Of a stretch of 43,554 nucleotides of DNA, positions 7,961 to 17,753 are shown one piece after another. The position numbers and the translations under genes were made by a program. The DNA is from a virus. Numbering within the stretch: the first letter of the stretch is position 1; each line of letters begins with the position of its first letter. The stretch lies in the IMG/VR virus record IMGVR_UViG_3300017646_000004; one strand, written 5' to 3'. Under the pieces are notes generated by a model that worked only from the letters and a program-made list of their open reading frames with translations, made no database searches and was not told the origin of the DNA.

Positions 7961-8176
7961 ATGCCCGGCGGCCAATTCGCATTCTGGTTCTTGCAGCCCG
8001 GCGACGTTACGGCCGTGCTCGAAGAGCTCAATCTCAAGGAGTACGCGTTCACGGTGAGGACGATCAACCCACACCCTCCGGGGGTGCTTTCGGCTGCGCT
8101 GGATGAGTCGATGCGACAAGAGGGGATCGTCGTTCGGGAAGTGCCCTTAGACGCACCCGTTGACCAAGGCCTCTAG
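7961..8176 (+). CDS. Hypothetical protein, last gene of the rightward operon
   Basis: Track ORF 7910..8176; Met 7961 avoids overlap with the previous gene. The 3' end converges on the lysis genes. Confidence 0.4.
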   Translation: MPGGQFAFWFLQPGDVTAVLEELNLKEYAFTVRTINPHPPGVLSAALDESMRQEGIVVREVPLDAPVDQGL

Positions 8177-8404
8177 CTCCCCACCCCACTTGCGCAGTTC
8201 CAGCGCGGATTCAGCCAGGATCATCGCATCGGTCACGGGATTGCCGGTGAGCTGGTCGCCCACTTTCCCCGGCTCGGGCGGTATCTGCTCCGCCTTCGCG
8301 CAAGGCACCGGGACGGGAACCTGAACTTCCTTGATCTGGACGGCGATGGGCTCGTTGGATGCACAGGCGGTGAGCATCAGGGCTAGGCAGGGAATCAGGC
8401 GCAT
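8147..8404 (-). CDS. Outer-membrane lipoprotein, o-spanin candidate
   Basis: Signal peptide with lipobox LMLTAC, then a Pro-rich mature part (VPVPVPC, IPPEPG). It is the last gene of the lysis cassette. Confidence 0.6.
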   Translation of the reverse strand: MRLIPCLALMLTACASNEPIAVQIKEVQVPVPVPCAKAEQIPPEPGKVGDQLTGNPVTDAMILAESALELRKWGGELEALVNGCV

Positions 8405-8574
8405 GGTAAGGGTTTCCTAATGCTGCGGCGGCGCTGAAAGTGGAAGCGCATGAACCCCTGGCTCTGGTAGCTCCTGAATGGAAACATCAGTCCAGAACCT
8501 TTGCACCAGGGTGGGCGAACAGCGAGCAGCCGGAATAGCCCGCCGGCAGCCGGAGTGACGCCCGGCCCGCAGCA

Positions 8575-8955
8575 TCACAGCCCCTCCGCTTCCATCACAG
8601 ACCGAGGCGTCACACATTCCACCTGCTCGCCCGTGGAAGCCCGCTCAGCGCGTATCCGGGCGATCTGCTGGTCCAGTGCCTGCGAAACCGCCTTTTGCTT
8701 CTCCAGCGCCTCCGTGGCGGCTTTCTGGCGGTCCTGACCTTCCTTCACATAGGCTTCGGATCGGGAGATGCATTGGTCCAGCGAGGCAGTCGTTACCGCG
8801 TGGGCGGCTTTCTCCATGGCCACGGACTGAAGGGCATCGTCGCGCTGGCCGGAGATGACATCGGCTCGCCAGCAGACGAAGACGAGGATTGCGGCAAGGC
8901 CGAGGGCGATGAAGCCCCGGATGCCGAGGAAGGACAAGACGGTCGCCAGCATCAT
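8575..8955 (-). CDS. i-spanin candidate (N-terminal TM plus coiled coil)
   Basis: Start MMLATVLSFLGIRGFIALGLAAILVF (TM) is followed by a periplasmic coiled coil. The ATG overlaps the holin stop (ATGA). Confidence 0.6.
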   Translation of the reverse strand: MMLATVLSFLGIRGFIALGLAAILVFVCWRADVISGQRDDALQSVAMEKAAHAVTTASLDQCISRSEAYVKEGQDRQKAATEALEKQKAVSQALDQQIARIRAERASTGEQVECVTPRSVMEAEGL

Positions 8956-9209
8956 TCCTCCCCCTTCTCGATCACCTTGGCCTTGGCCACCGATCGATCC
9001 TTTAGCGCGATCGCGCCGGCCGTTGCCGTGATGCAGGCCGCGATCCCGGCCGGATAGGCCAGGCAGAAGCTGTCGAAGCTGGCAGTGATCTTCCCGGCCC
9101 ACACCAGCGCAGGGGCCGACACGATATAGACCACCGAGCCGAACGCGCCGATGATGCGCTGGACCTCGTATTCCCCGCCGATTCCCTTGAGGGCGTTGAG
9201 GAGCTTCAT
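8952..9209 (-). CDS. Holin candidate
   Basis: 85 aa with hydrophobic spans (IIGAFGSVVYIVSAPALVWA, AYPAGIAACITATAGAIAL) and a charged C-terminus. ATGA overlap with the endolysin stop. Confidence 0.55.
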   Translation of the reverse strand: MKLLNALKGIGGEYEVQRIIGAFGSVVYIVSAPALVWAGKITASFDSFCLAYPAGIAACITATAGAIALKDRSVAKAKVIEKGEE

Positions 9210-9763
9210 GACGATGTCCTGTAAAGCGCCTGCTCTCGCTGGCGTCGCTTGACGAGGCCGGGCAACGTCTTCCCCGCTGCTTTCACCCACTTGGGGAACT
9301 CGTTCGCCGCGCCAACATAGTCCCCCTCATTGTGCTTGCGCAGGAGGGTGGAAGTCCGAAGCGCCTCAGCCCCTACATTGAAGGCGAAGCTCACCAGCGC
9401 GGAGAACTGGTTGTCGGTCGCATTCGCGCCAACCAACTTCGCCACGGCATCTTCGAAGCGGGCGATGTCGGAGCGGAGCAGTTCATCCGCCTTCGCCTCG
9501 GTAATCACGAGGCCAGGCGATACGTCCGCTCCCGTGTGGCCATAGCCGATGGTCCACGGCGCACCTCCGGTCCCCGGATCGGGATAGGCCTTGAGGCGCA
9601 GGCCCTCGCTTTCCTTGATGATGTCGAGGCCAGCGGCATTGATCGTGCGGCGGGTCGGTTCCGTGATTCCAAGGACCTTCGCGAGCGCCCCCAACGTGAC
9701 GGGGCCTAGCTTCCCATCAGCCGGCACGCCCACATGGCGCTGAATATCGGCAAGCGTGGTCAT
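9206..9763 (-). CDS. Endolysin: peptidoglycan-binding domain plus GH24 lysozyme
   Basis: N-terminal IQRHVGVPADGKLGPVTLGAL (PG_binding_1-like), then ESEGLRLKAYPDPGTGGAPWTIGYGHT (T4/lambda-type lysozyme signature). Confidence 0.85.
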   Translation of the reverse strand: MTTLADIQRHVGVPADGKLGPVTLGALAKVLGITEPTRRTINAAGLDIIKESEGLRLKAYPDPGTGGAPWTIGYGHTGADVSPGLVITEAKADELLRSDIARFEDAVAKLVGANATDNQFSALVSFAFNVGAEALRTSTLLRKHNEGDYVGAANEFPKWVKAAGKTLPGLVKRRQREQALYRTSS

Positions 9764-10155
9764 TTCGCCTTCTCCTGCTTCTCCGCTGAGATGATGAGCT
9801 GCGCGATCTGCTTCGCGTCTCCGAAGCCCTGGACGATCGCCTCGAGCCGCAGCACCTTCGCCTCGCTCTCGGCATGGCGCTCCTGGCACTCGGCAAGGGC
9901 GGTCTCGGTGCTTGTCACCCGTTCGCGCAGGGCCGTCACCTCGATGTCGTGCCGCTCGCGCAGGTCCGCGATTTCCTTCTCCAGCCTGTCCAGAAGCTGC
10001 TGCGTGCTGCGGTCGATCCTGTCCGCCCTCTTGTCCATTCGGCCTCCCAGCCATTCGAGAAGCCAGCGGACGAACCAGATGCCGCCAGTCAGGCTGATGC
10101 CGGCCGTCGCCCCGGCAGTTGCCCACCGAGCGAGGAGTTCGAGCCAGTCGCTCAT
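9760..10155 (-). CDS. Membrane-anchored coiled-coil protein (possible holin or lysis regulator)
   Basis: N-terminal TM (AGATAGISLTGGIWFVRWLLEWL) and a long heptad-like region. ATGA overlaps on both sides. Confidence 0.5.
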   Translation of the reverse strand: MSDWLELLARWATAGATAGISLTGGIWFVRWLLEWLGGRMDKRADRIDRSTQQLLDRLEKEIADLRERHDIEVTALRERVTSTETALAECQERHAESEAKVLRLEAIVQGFGDAKQIAQLIISAEKQEKAK

Positions 10156-11051
10156 GGCAAGTCCAACAGCCGCGCCCTGAATATCTGGCGCGCCTGCTCA
10201 ACCTGGCCAGCATCAAGCCGATCGGGGATCACCACCGTTCGCCATATTTGACATCCGCCATTGACGGTCTCCGAGCCTCCAAGGCGAATCCGGGCGTTGG
10301 CGTAGGTGGAGCTTCCTCCAGACAGGACCGACCAGAAATCAGTGCGCGAAGCGACGACGCTGTCGTTTAGGTAGAGCGCCCCGTTTCCGTCGTCCGCATG
10401 CACGGTTATTGCGGCGAAGTTCCACCCCGGCGCGAGCAAGCTGGCGCTGGTCATCGACGCAGCGCCCTGGGCGCTGTTTCGTTGGCCTGTTGCCTGGAGA
10501 AACCCAGATGTGCTTCGCCGCAGATACAGGCCGGCGTTCGCGCCATTTGCAAACGTGTGTTCGAATATCCGTCTCTCGTTGGTTCCGCCGACCTGCATGT
10601 TGAACGCGCAGAGCAGCGTGAGCCCGCGAATCCCACTGAGCGCTGAACCGATCGCAGTCTGCAAGCGATCATCCGTTGCTGCCCCGCCGCGATAGAAATC
10701 GAATACTTCGATGCCGCCCGGCGTGGTGGCCAGCGCGGGTTCGGTGGCCATCGGAGACAAGTCTAGAGCGGCCCCTGCAAGAGAGTAGGCCTTCTCCACA
10801 GTGGTATCGAGGCGGATCAGGGCGGGATCGGCCCAGAAGATCGGCTCAACCCCCTTGATGGCGGTGATCTCATCCCAATCCGCGATTTGCGGCAGATAGC
10901 TGATGGCCGGGCAGGTCAGCCCGTCATCGATTGCCGCCTGGAGCGCGCCAGTGGGCGTCGGAGAAAATCCCCCGATATCGAGGATGCGCGGAAGATTGCT
11001 GATGCCTCCGGTGGCCGGCAGCGCCTGCAGGACAAGGGCCTGTGTGGTCAT
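10152..11051 (-). CDS. LamG/concanavalin-like lectin-fold protein, putative accessory receptor-binding protein
   Basis: The C-terminal half (WNFAAITVHADDGNGALYLNDSVVASR...IRLGG) looks like a LamG jelly-roll. It follows the tailspike. Confidence 0.5.
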   Translation of the reverse strand: MTTQALVLQALPATGGISNLPRILDIGGFSPTPTGALQAAIDDGLTCPAISYLPQIADWDEITAIKGVEPIFWADPALIRLDTTVEKAYSLAGAALDLSPMATEPALATTPGGIEVFDFYRGGAATDDRLQTAIGSALSGIRGLTLLCAFNMQVGGTNERRIFEHTFANGANAGLYLRRSTSGFLQATGQRNSAQGAASMTSASLLAPGWNFAAITVHADDGNGALYLNDSVVASRTDFWSVLSGGSSTYANARIRLGGSETVNGGCQIWRTVVIPDRLDAGQVEQARQIFRARLLDLP

Positions 11052-11053
11052 GT

Positions 11054-13462
11054 TCAGTTCCCCAGGATTTTCGAGAGATTGACAATGCCGACGTGTAGCA
11101 CCCGACGCGGGATCGCTGGACCTGTCACGGATGAGGGCAGCGCCACTCGCTTGGTGTAAGCAATGGCAATCGTGTTCCCGCGCAGATGACACATCGACGA
11201 GTAGTCGAAGCTGTTGGTAATCGTGACGGTGCTGGGGAGCGGATTGCCCCGAAAATCGACGTCGGTAGTCGTGTAGTTTCCCGCCAGGTTGAAGCGAGCT
11301 TGCCGGTTCAGCAGTTCGTCGTAGCTGATCTCGATACCGAGTCGGCAACGGCTTCCCTCGGGGCTCTCCGCCAAACTCTCCGGATAGCAATGCACCAGGC
11401 GGCTAGGCCGACTGTCCGAAATGCCCGAGAGTCGCAGCAGGTGGCCCGCGCAGACCGACGCAGTGTAAGGGCTGACAACGTGCGATTTGAATGTCTGCCC
11501 GGCATCTTCCCACCGGCTGATGACGCGATGCTGTCTGCCGGTGGTGGAGCTGCGCGCCGAGGAGATGATCGTGTTATCCGGCCCTTCGCACATGGAGTTC
11601 TCCATGCTTCCGAGCCCGGGAATGGCGGACATCGCCCCCGGCACCCACTCTCGCGCACCTGCGGGATCGAAGACGTAAGGGCGAATATACCAGTAGAGAT
11701 CGGTATTCGCGCCTTCGGGGTAAACCGTCATGCCCCAACCGGGAACGACCATTAGCCCGTTCGACATCGTGAAGCCGCCGCCCGGGCCGCAGCCCAGCGC
11801 GCGCCAGTCCGGGTCGTTGAGGTGATCCAGCCATGTTGCCGTGTCGGCCGTTGCGGGCAGCGTGATCGGATCGCCGGCAGCGTTGGTCCAGCTCACGCCA
11901 TCGTCGGCCGAGACGATCTCGTAGATCTCGAATGAACGTAGAGGATCATCCGGATAGTCGGCCTGGCTGACATTGCGAGACATACGCAATGTTCCGTAAT
12001 GGAACTTGAACATCATCCGGATCTCGCCGGTGATCGGATCGAAGACGAAGTTCGGTGTGGCCGTCTGCCAGAGGTTTCCGCCGGCAGCGAGCACCTGCCA
12101 CGCGCTCCAGGTCGCGTCCACCGGATCATCGCACTGCCAGAGATCGTCCGAGTAGCGGTGGATGATCACGCTGTTCTCGTAGTCAGCGGGGTTTTGGCCC
12201 GGATTGGCAGGATCGTCCGGCACTGATTTGTCGCGATTTTCGCAGGCGACATGCACTCGTTTGGTTACGGGATTGATGAAGATGGTCGGAATGTGCATCA
12301 CAGCCTTCGGCACCACATCCGGGTCGCTCGGAAGGTCGGAGGTAACCCCGATCGGGATCGCGTTGAATATCCCGGCGACATCGGCCTGCCGTTCGATGTC
12401 CTCGCGATAGGCGGAGGTAGAACCCGAAATGGAGCCGCTGGAGCCTTCGCCGCTCTGGCGAATAAAATCCAGGACATAGCCATTCGGATCGGCTGTGATC
12501 GTGAGCTTGATGAACGGATCGTCGGCATCGGGAAGATCGATGATCTCGTATTTCGCGCCGCCGGCAGCAGCACGCACCTCGGCGCTCAAGTTCTCCCCGC
12601 CCGCCCAAAAGTCGTATGCGCCGTTTGCGGCGCGAAGGCCCCACGCCGTTTCGCCATCAGGGGTGTTGAACAGCGCTGCCGCTACATAGGGCGAAAGCGG
12701 GCCGTAAGCCGGGAGGTATTCGAGGTGCTCGTTAACGTAGGCTGATGTTTCCTCTTTCAAAGTTTGCGTATCATCCCTCGCTTCCTCTGCACGGTCGGCG
12801 TCACTGGCAACCGCGGCCGCTACATCTGCCGCCGCAGTGTTGGCGGCCTCCTCTGCCCTGTCCGCTTCACCCTGAGCACGGTCAGCCTGCTCCTTGGCCT
12901 CCGAGGCATCCCCGCCAGCAGCTTCGGCAAAATCCACCAGAGGCTTGGACTGCCACAAGACTTCGAACAGGACCTGGTTGGGATCGTCGGCAACGGTCAC
13001 GCCTTCACCGGCCATATCGCCGTTGAAAATCTTCATCGCCCCCGGCGCGGCAAGCTCGTAATAGAGCATGTCGTCGGCGGTGTAGAAGCCGATGGTGTAG
13101 TTGCTCTTGACCTCTCCGTTCCAGGTAGGAAACTGCGAGACCGAAACGACAAGCGTGGACCCGCTTTCAACGGTCAGCGAAACCTCGTCGATCAGCGAGA
13201 TCGTCGTGTTCGTATCGATGGAGCCGACCTTGACCTTGATCGTCCCGGCAATCGCCAGAGGCACCTTGATGCTGCTGACCGTGCCGTATTTCTCGAACCC
13301 CTTCCCCTGCCAGCGCGTGTAGCCGCCACCGATCGTCTGGTTGGCAATGTTCGCGCCCGGCCCATAAGGGTCCTGCTCGACAGGAAGGTAAAAGTCGTCC
13401 GAGGTCAGTCCACCGGCGCGGCGGATCTTGTCCTCGTCCAGCGGGTCGGTGAAATAGTCCAT
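11054..13462 (-). CDS. Tailspike with a sialidase-like (BNR/Asp-box) beta-propeller
   Basis: 802 aa with Asp-boxes SADDGVSW and WEDAGQTF, and an Ala/Asp/Glu-rich coiled segment (ADRAEEA repeats) after the N-terminal domain. Confidence 0.7.
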   Translation of the reverse strand: MDYFTDPLDEDKIRRAGGLTSDDFYLPVEQDPYGPGANIANQTIGGGYTRWQGKGFEKYGTVSSIKVPLAIAGTIKVKVGSIDTNTTISLIDEVSLTVESGSTLVVSVSQFPTWNGEVKSNYTIGFYTADDMLYYELAAPGAMKIFNGDMAGEGVTVADDPNQVLFEVLWQSKPLVDFAEAAGGDASEAKEQADRAQGEADRAEEAANTAAADVAAAVASDADRAEEARDDTQTLKEETSAYVNEHLEYLPAYGPLSPYVAAALFNTPDGETAWGLRAANGAYDFWAGGENLSAEVRAAAGGAKYEIIDLPDADDPFIKLTITADPNGYVLDFIRQSGEGSSGSISGSTSAYREDIERQADVAGIFNAIPIGVTSDLPSDPDVVPKAVMHIPTIFINPVTKRVHVACENRDKSVPDDPANPGQNPADYENSVIIHRYSDDLWQCDDPVDATWSAWQVLAAGGNLWQTATPNFVFDPITGEIRMMFKFHYGTLRMSRNVSQADYPDDPLRSFEIYEIVSADDGVSWTNAAGDPITLPATADTATWLDHLNDPDWRALGCGPGGGFTMSNGLMVVPGWGMTVYPEGANTDLYWYIRPYVFDPAGAREWVPGAMSAIPGLGSMENSMCEGPDNTIISSARSSTTGRQHRVISRWEDAGQTFKSHVVSPYTASVCAGHLLRLSGISDSRPSRLVHCYPESLAESPEGSRCRLGIEISYDELLNRQARFNLAGNYTTTDVDFRGNPLPSTVTITNSFDYSSMCHLRGNTIAIAYTKRVALPSSVTGPAIPRRVLHVGIVNLSKILGN

Positions 13463-13758
13463 TATTCCTCGGGCTCCTCGGGCGTCTCGGATTCAACGGC
13501 ATCCACGGCCACCATCTGACCCTTGAGGAGATAGACCTGTTCCACATGGTCCTGGGGCCAAGGTTCGCCGCCCGTGGCGTCGCTCAGGCCCTTGCCGAAC
13601 CGGACAGTGCTGGGGCTGGTGGCGATCACACGATAGAGGCCGGAGCGGTCGATATCGGCGGTCGATCCATCGGCTACTTCGATGGCATCGCCCATCTGCG
13701 CACCGCGAGCATGGCCCCAGCGGCGAGTGATATCGTTATAAGTAAGGGTGACAGCCAT
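13462..13758 (-). CDS. Hypothetical tail-module protein (98 aa)
   Basis: RBS GGGAGG. The stop shares one base with the tailspike ATG. Confidence 0.5.
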   Translation of the reverse strand: MAVTLTYNDITRRWGHARGAQMGDAIEVADGSTADIDRSGLYRVIATSPSTVRFGKGLSDATGGEPWPQDHVEQVYLLKGQMVAVDAVESETPEEPEE

Positions 13759-13772
13759 GATAAAGGACCTCC

Positions 13773-15071
13773 CTAAGCGATCTTTTCGAACATGATGAAA
13801 CTGCCCTTGGCGACAGTAAACGTGTAGGTTCCGTTGAGTGACCTCATCTGGAATTTGAAAATTCCGGTCGATGATGTGCTGGTTACGAGAACACCTTCGA
13901 TCGTAACGACATTCCACAGGCCGTTGCCAAGTGATGACATGTTGGCCTGAGGCGAAATCGCGCTTGTAAAAAGCCCCATGATCGGGAACCGCCTCTCTTC
14001 CGAGAGGCCGAAATTCTCGCCCTTGCAATTTATGCTATAGCCACCGCTGACATTGCTCACCGCCGTGAAGTTCAGCTTGTATCGGCGGTTGCTGGTGATG
14101 TCGCACAGGGCCATCATCTTGATGCGATACGTGGAATTCGGATCCAGCGCGGACACGTCGATCTCAAGCCCGGTATCCACCAGCGTCGAGGAATTGCTGG
14201 TGAAGTTGCTCGATAGCGTCGAATAGGTTGCGGCAGTCCCGCCACCGCCTCCACTATCTCCGGGGCCGATGGTGATGAGCGTCGAAGGATTAACCGCCAG
14301 CTTGAGCCGGGCGTTCGTGGTATCGAAATAAACGCCGTAGGGCAGAAGCGCGCTGGCAGCCGCAAGGGCGCTGAGGTTCGCTTCCGTGTCGTAATGCGGG
14401 GCGAAATCGGTGCCGGTGATCTGGCCGCCGGTGATGTTGACGCTGTTCGAATTCTGCGCCGCCATCGTTCCCGTAGGCGCGGGCGAGAGATCGGCGATCG
14501 GGGAACCGGAAAGCGAGCCGCCCGTCACCTGATAGACGGTGAAATCGTTCCCCTGGCTCTCATCCTTGAGGACGAAGACAAATCCATTCGGCAGCGTCGG
14601 AGCGGCGGAAATGGCAGCCGCCTTGCTGGCGAAGAAACTATAGGGCTCGCCAAGGGCGGCAATGATCCCAACCGCCTGGTTCGCCGTCTGAGCCGACTGG
14701 ACGGCGGATAGAGCGGCATTGGATGCGGCCTGGGCATTGGATGCCACCTGCGACGCCAGTGTCCCCAGTTCGCCCGCCAGAACGTCTGCGATCCCCGGAA
14801 TGTATGGATCGACCTCGTCAAGCAGCTGGTTGTCCTCGTCATACAGCCGAATGCGATAGATGACGTTGCTGCTGTAGTAGATCGGCGGGAACACGCCTGC
14901 CGCATTGGCCACCACCGGATTGGGCAACGGGGTTTCCATCGTCTCATCGGAGAACACCGGCGATTCCGTTGTGGTGCCGGTCAAATAGAAATATAGCTTG
15001 GCCCCAGGCAGGATCAGCCCGTTAGCGCTCAGCGCCGGACGAAACGGAAGAAGGAACAGCTCAGCAGCCAT
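13773..15071 (-). CDS. Tail fiber protein
   Basis: N-terminus GAKLYFYLTGTTTESPVFSDETMETPLPNPVVANAAGVFPPIYY is typical of podophage fibers. Ala/Ser/Gln-rich stalk with a distinct C-terminal domain. Confidence 0.65.
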   Translation of the reverse strand: MAAELFLLPFRPALSANGLILPGAKLYFYLTGTTTESPVFSDETMETPLPNPVVANAAGVFPPIYYSSNVIYRIRLYDEDNQLLDEVDPYIPGIADVLAGELGTLASQVASNAQAASNAALSAVQSAQTANQAVGIIAALGEPYSFFASKAAAISAAPTLPNGFVFVLKDESQGNDFTVYQVTGGSLSGSPIADLSPAPTGTMAAQNSNSVNITGGQITGTDFAPHYDTEANLSALAAASALLPYGVYFDTTNARLKLAVNPSTLITIGPGDSGGGGGTAATYSTLSSNFTSNSSTLVDTGLEIDVSALDPNSTYRIKMMALCDITSNRRYKLNFTAVSNVSGGYSINCKGENFGLSEERRFPIMGLFTSAISPQANMSSLGNGLWNVVTIEGVLVTSTSSTGIFKFQMRSLNGTYTFTVAKGSFIMFEKIA

Positions 15072-15122
15072 GGCCGGTCTCCCGTGAAAGACTTCCTGTC
15101 GTGGAAATTTTGGATGGCTGCG

Positions 15123-17753
15123 TCATTGCTGTGGTATTTCCTGCCGACCGTCGCCTTCATCCTGAGCGGCGGCACGGTTTGGTGATTTGGAAAGCCCTTC
15201 GCTCAGGAATTGCTGAATCGAGCGAATATCGTTCGCGATAATCGGCTCTTTCGCTGCGAGGACGCCGAGCTGCTCGGTAAAACGCCGTCCTGCCACTTCC
15301 GGGGCCGCGCTTGATTTGGCTGTTTTTGCCAGCAGGCGGGCGAAGCCGGGAGATGCCATCAGCCGGCCGGTCAGATACTGAGATCCGGCACCCAGAATGA
15401 GGGCAGCCGGATTGGCGAGATACAGCGCCACACCGGCTCCGACGTTCGAAAACGCCGCAGTTGTGGTGTTGGAGAAGTTCTCCATTGAACGGCTCGCCTT
15501 CATGCCCTCCGCGAGGGTGGCAATGTCGTTCAAATCATCCCTGAGCTGCTTGTTGCGGAACAAAGATGCCTTCGCCTGAGGCGTCATTTTGTTCCAATTG
15601 GTCAGGAAGGTAGATGGAGAGAACGCTTCCCCAGCGGCATCCTGCGCGCCGGGCGTGGCTTTACCGAGGCGATCGACAATAACCGCCCTTACCTGCCCCG
15701 CTTCCTCGGGCGTCATTTGGGCGAGAAGGCGAGATAGACGCGCATTGCCACCGGTGCCCCCCCGGGCCATCGCCTCGATGGATTGCAGGACCTGTTCACC
15801 GCCCTTGGTGCCGTCCCGCCCGACAATAGGCTGCAACACCTGATCGATGTGTTCGACGCGCTGTTTCCAGAATTCATCGGCGCGCTTGAATGTATTGGCC
15901 GCGTCTTCCCTCCCGGCCTGCCGCAGGCCAAGATCGATATCGCTCGACAGATTGTCGAGGATGCCCTTCCACATGGCCTGATCGCTGTTTGAGCGGAGCT
16001 GGCCGTTATAGACGCCGTCCGACAGTCGCGAGCGTGCATCACGCAGTCCCGTCACGCTAACGCCATTTTCAATGGCACTCTTGAAGCCCTCAAGCTCCTG
16101 AATAGTTGAGGCCGGGGCCGAAGGGTCTTCCTTCAACCGGGCAAGCCGCTGGTCGATTTCGCTGATGGTCTGGAGCGGCTTTATCTTGACCCCTCTCGCC
16201 ATAGTCCGGGCGCGTTCATAGAGGCGTGCGCCGCGCTCCGAAGTCTCGCGGGAATATCGCTGGCCGGCCGCGCGGATATTTTCGCCCGCGGCGTCGGTGG
16301 TAACAAGCTCTCCCTCACCTTCGGCAATCCGACGAACGGCCTGGCCCAACTGGCGGGTGTTCTCTTGGGCTTGACGAACAACCGGACCGGAAGAAAGGGG
16401 GGAAGCCTTTGTCCCGGACGTGACGGCCCTCGTCGCCGGGCCTCCGACATCAGCCGGAAGCACCTGGACGCCTTGGCGCGCACTGGCCAGACCCACGGGA
16501 TTAGCGCCGTGCGGGCGGAATGCGCTCAAAGCCGAATCGGCGGCCTTGTATCCCGCCAATCCGCCAGCGAGGGCACCGGCATATTCTCCACCGGGAATCC
16601 CGCTTTCCCGACCGGCATAGGAACCAGCACCGGCAAGCGCGCCCGCCGCAGTATCGCGAATAGGCGTGCGGCCGAGAACGGATGCAACCTCGCGCAGCAC
16701 CCCGGGATTCAGGATCGATGTAGCCGCGCGGGCCCCAGCGCCACCAGCCAGTGCGCCGGCACCGAACTTGTTTACCTGGCTGACAAGGGAATCTGGATCA
16801 CCTTGGGGAAGGCCCGTAGCATCACGCAGGATCTGGCCGAGATCATAGACCGTATTCCCATAACCGGTGGCGTCGTAGAATAGTTGCCCGACCGGGTTGA
16901 CCACAAGGCCCGCAACGTCACCAGCTCCTTCAACAACGTCCCCTAGCCCGATACCGAAATCACGCGCAGCATCAGCGGCGGAGCGGTAACCCAGGAAGGA
17001 ACCGCCAGTGTCCGGCGTGACCGGGCCAGATGGGGGCGGAGTTTCATCGGGAGCGGCGTTCGCGCCTTCATAAGTGATCGCCTGCCCAGCGCCGAGACCG
17101 TCGCCTTGCTCTTCCTGCTGGGAATCCGGACCTTCGATCTTATCGAGAACACCCTGGTAGGCCGCGATGACCTTATCCATGTTCGCCTGGAACTGGGCAT
17201 CGCTCTGGCTCTGATCGATTGATGCGATCGTATCACGCAGCAGGGAAAGCTCGCGTTCCGATATGGCCCCGAGCGCACCACCGGTGGGGCTCTGCTCACG
17301 CATTTTCTGCAGGCGGTCAAAGGCGGTATTCGCACCAATCGTATTGAGCAGGGCCGAAACGTCCGCCGCAGAGGTCCCGCCAATTCCCGCAGCTTGCGAT
17401 GCGCCAAAGCCGGTTGCGAACCAGCCGCTCTGCGAAAGCTCCTTCGCGCGCTTGGCCGCATCGATCACATTGCGGATCTGGCCAACGGAATCGCTGATCG
17501 CCGCGTCGGCGGCTTGCTGCTTTTGCGCTGCCTCCGCCTGCTCCTGATCGAATTTCGCCTGATCGCGGTCAGCCGCTTCCTGCCGCAGGCGCAAATTCTC
17601 AAGTTCGATAGGATCGGGCTGCTTGGGCCTGCCCTGGATGACCCCCGGCGCGGATTGCGTGGCGGGATACGCCGTCGCCGGCTGCGCGGCAGGCGCGTTG
17701 CCTGCCCCTGCGGCACCGACGATCGGAAAGGCGTCCCAAGGATCGGTTGCCAT
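15123..17753 (-). CDS. Large internal virion/ejection protein (876 aa)
   Basis: Start MATDPWDAF shares one base with the upstream TGA. Gly/Ala-rich with coiled segments. The position corresponds to the P22 gp16/gp20 class. Confidence 0.55.
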   Translation of the reverse strand: MATDPWDAFPIVGAAGAGNAPAAQPATAYPATQSAPGVIQGRPKQPDPIELENLRLRQEAADRDQAKFDQEQAEAAQKQQAADAAISDSVGQIRNVIDAAKRAKELSQSGWFATGFGASQAAGIGGTSAADVSALLNTIGANTAFDRLQKMREQSPTGGALGAISERELSLLRDTIASIDQSQSDAQFQANMDKVIAAYQGVLDKIEGPDSQQEEQGDGLGAGQAITYEGANAAPDETPPPSGPVTPDTGGSFLGYRSAADAARDFGIGLGDVVEGAGDVAGLVVNPVGQLFYDATGYGNTVYDLGQILRDATGLPQGDPDSLVSQVNKFGAGALAGGAGARAATSILNPGVLREVASVLGRTPIRDTAAGALAGAGSYAGRESGIPGGEYAGALAGGLAGYKAADSALSAFRPHGANPVGLASARQGVQVLPADVGGPATRAVTSGTKASPLSSGPVVRQAQENTRQLGQAVRRIAEGEGELVTTDAAGENIRAAGQRYSRETSERGARLYERARTMARGVKIKPLQTISEIDQRLARLKEDPSAPASTIQELEGFKSAIENGVSVTGLRDARSRLSDGVYNGQLRSNSDQAMWKGILDNLSSDIDLGLRQAGREDAANTFKRADEFWKQRVEHIDQVLQPIVGRDGTKGGEQVLQSIEAMARGGTGGNARLSRLLAQMTPEEAGQVRAVIVDRLGKATPGAQDAAGEAFSPSTFLTNWNKMTPQAKASLFRNKQLRDDLNDIATLAEGMKASRSMENFSNTTTAAFSNVGAGVALYLANPAALILGAGSQYLTGRLMASPGFARLLAKTAKSSAAPEVAGRRFTEQLGVLAAKEPIIANDIRSIQQFLSEGLSKSPNRAAAQDEGDGRQEIPQQ

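Noticed and set aside
8405-8574. A small ORF (about 30 codons, MFPFRSYQ...) and track ORF 8417..8617 in the gap between the spanin genes.
   Set aside because: There is no RBS, the composition is implausible, and the ORFs overlap the i-spanin end. The region is treated as noncoding.
10152-15071. Diversity-generating retroelement near the tail fiber genes, as in some related podophages.
   Set aside because: No reverse transcriptase ORF exists anywhere in the window. I saw no template/variable repeat pair near the fiber, spike or LamG genes.
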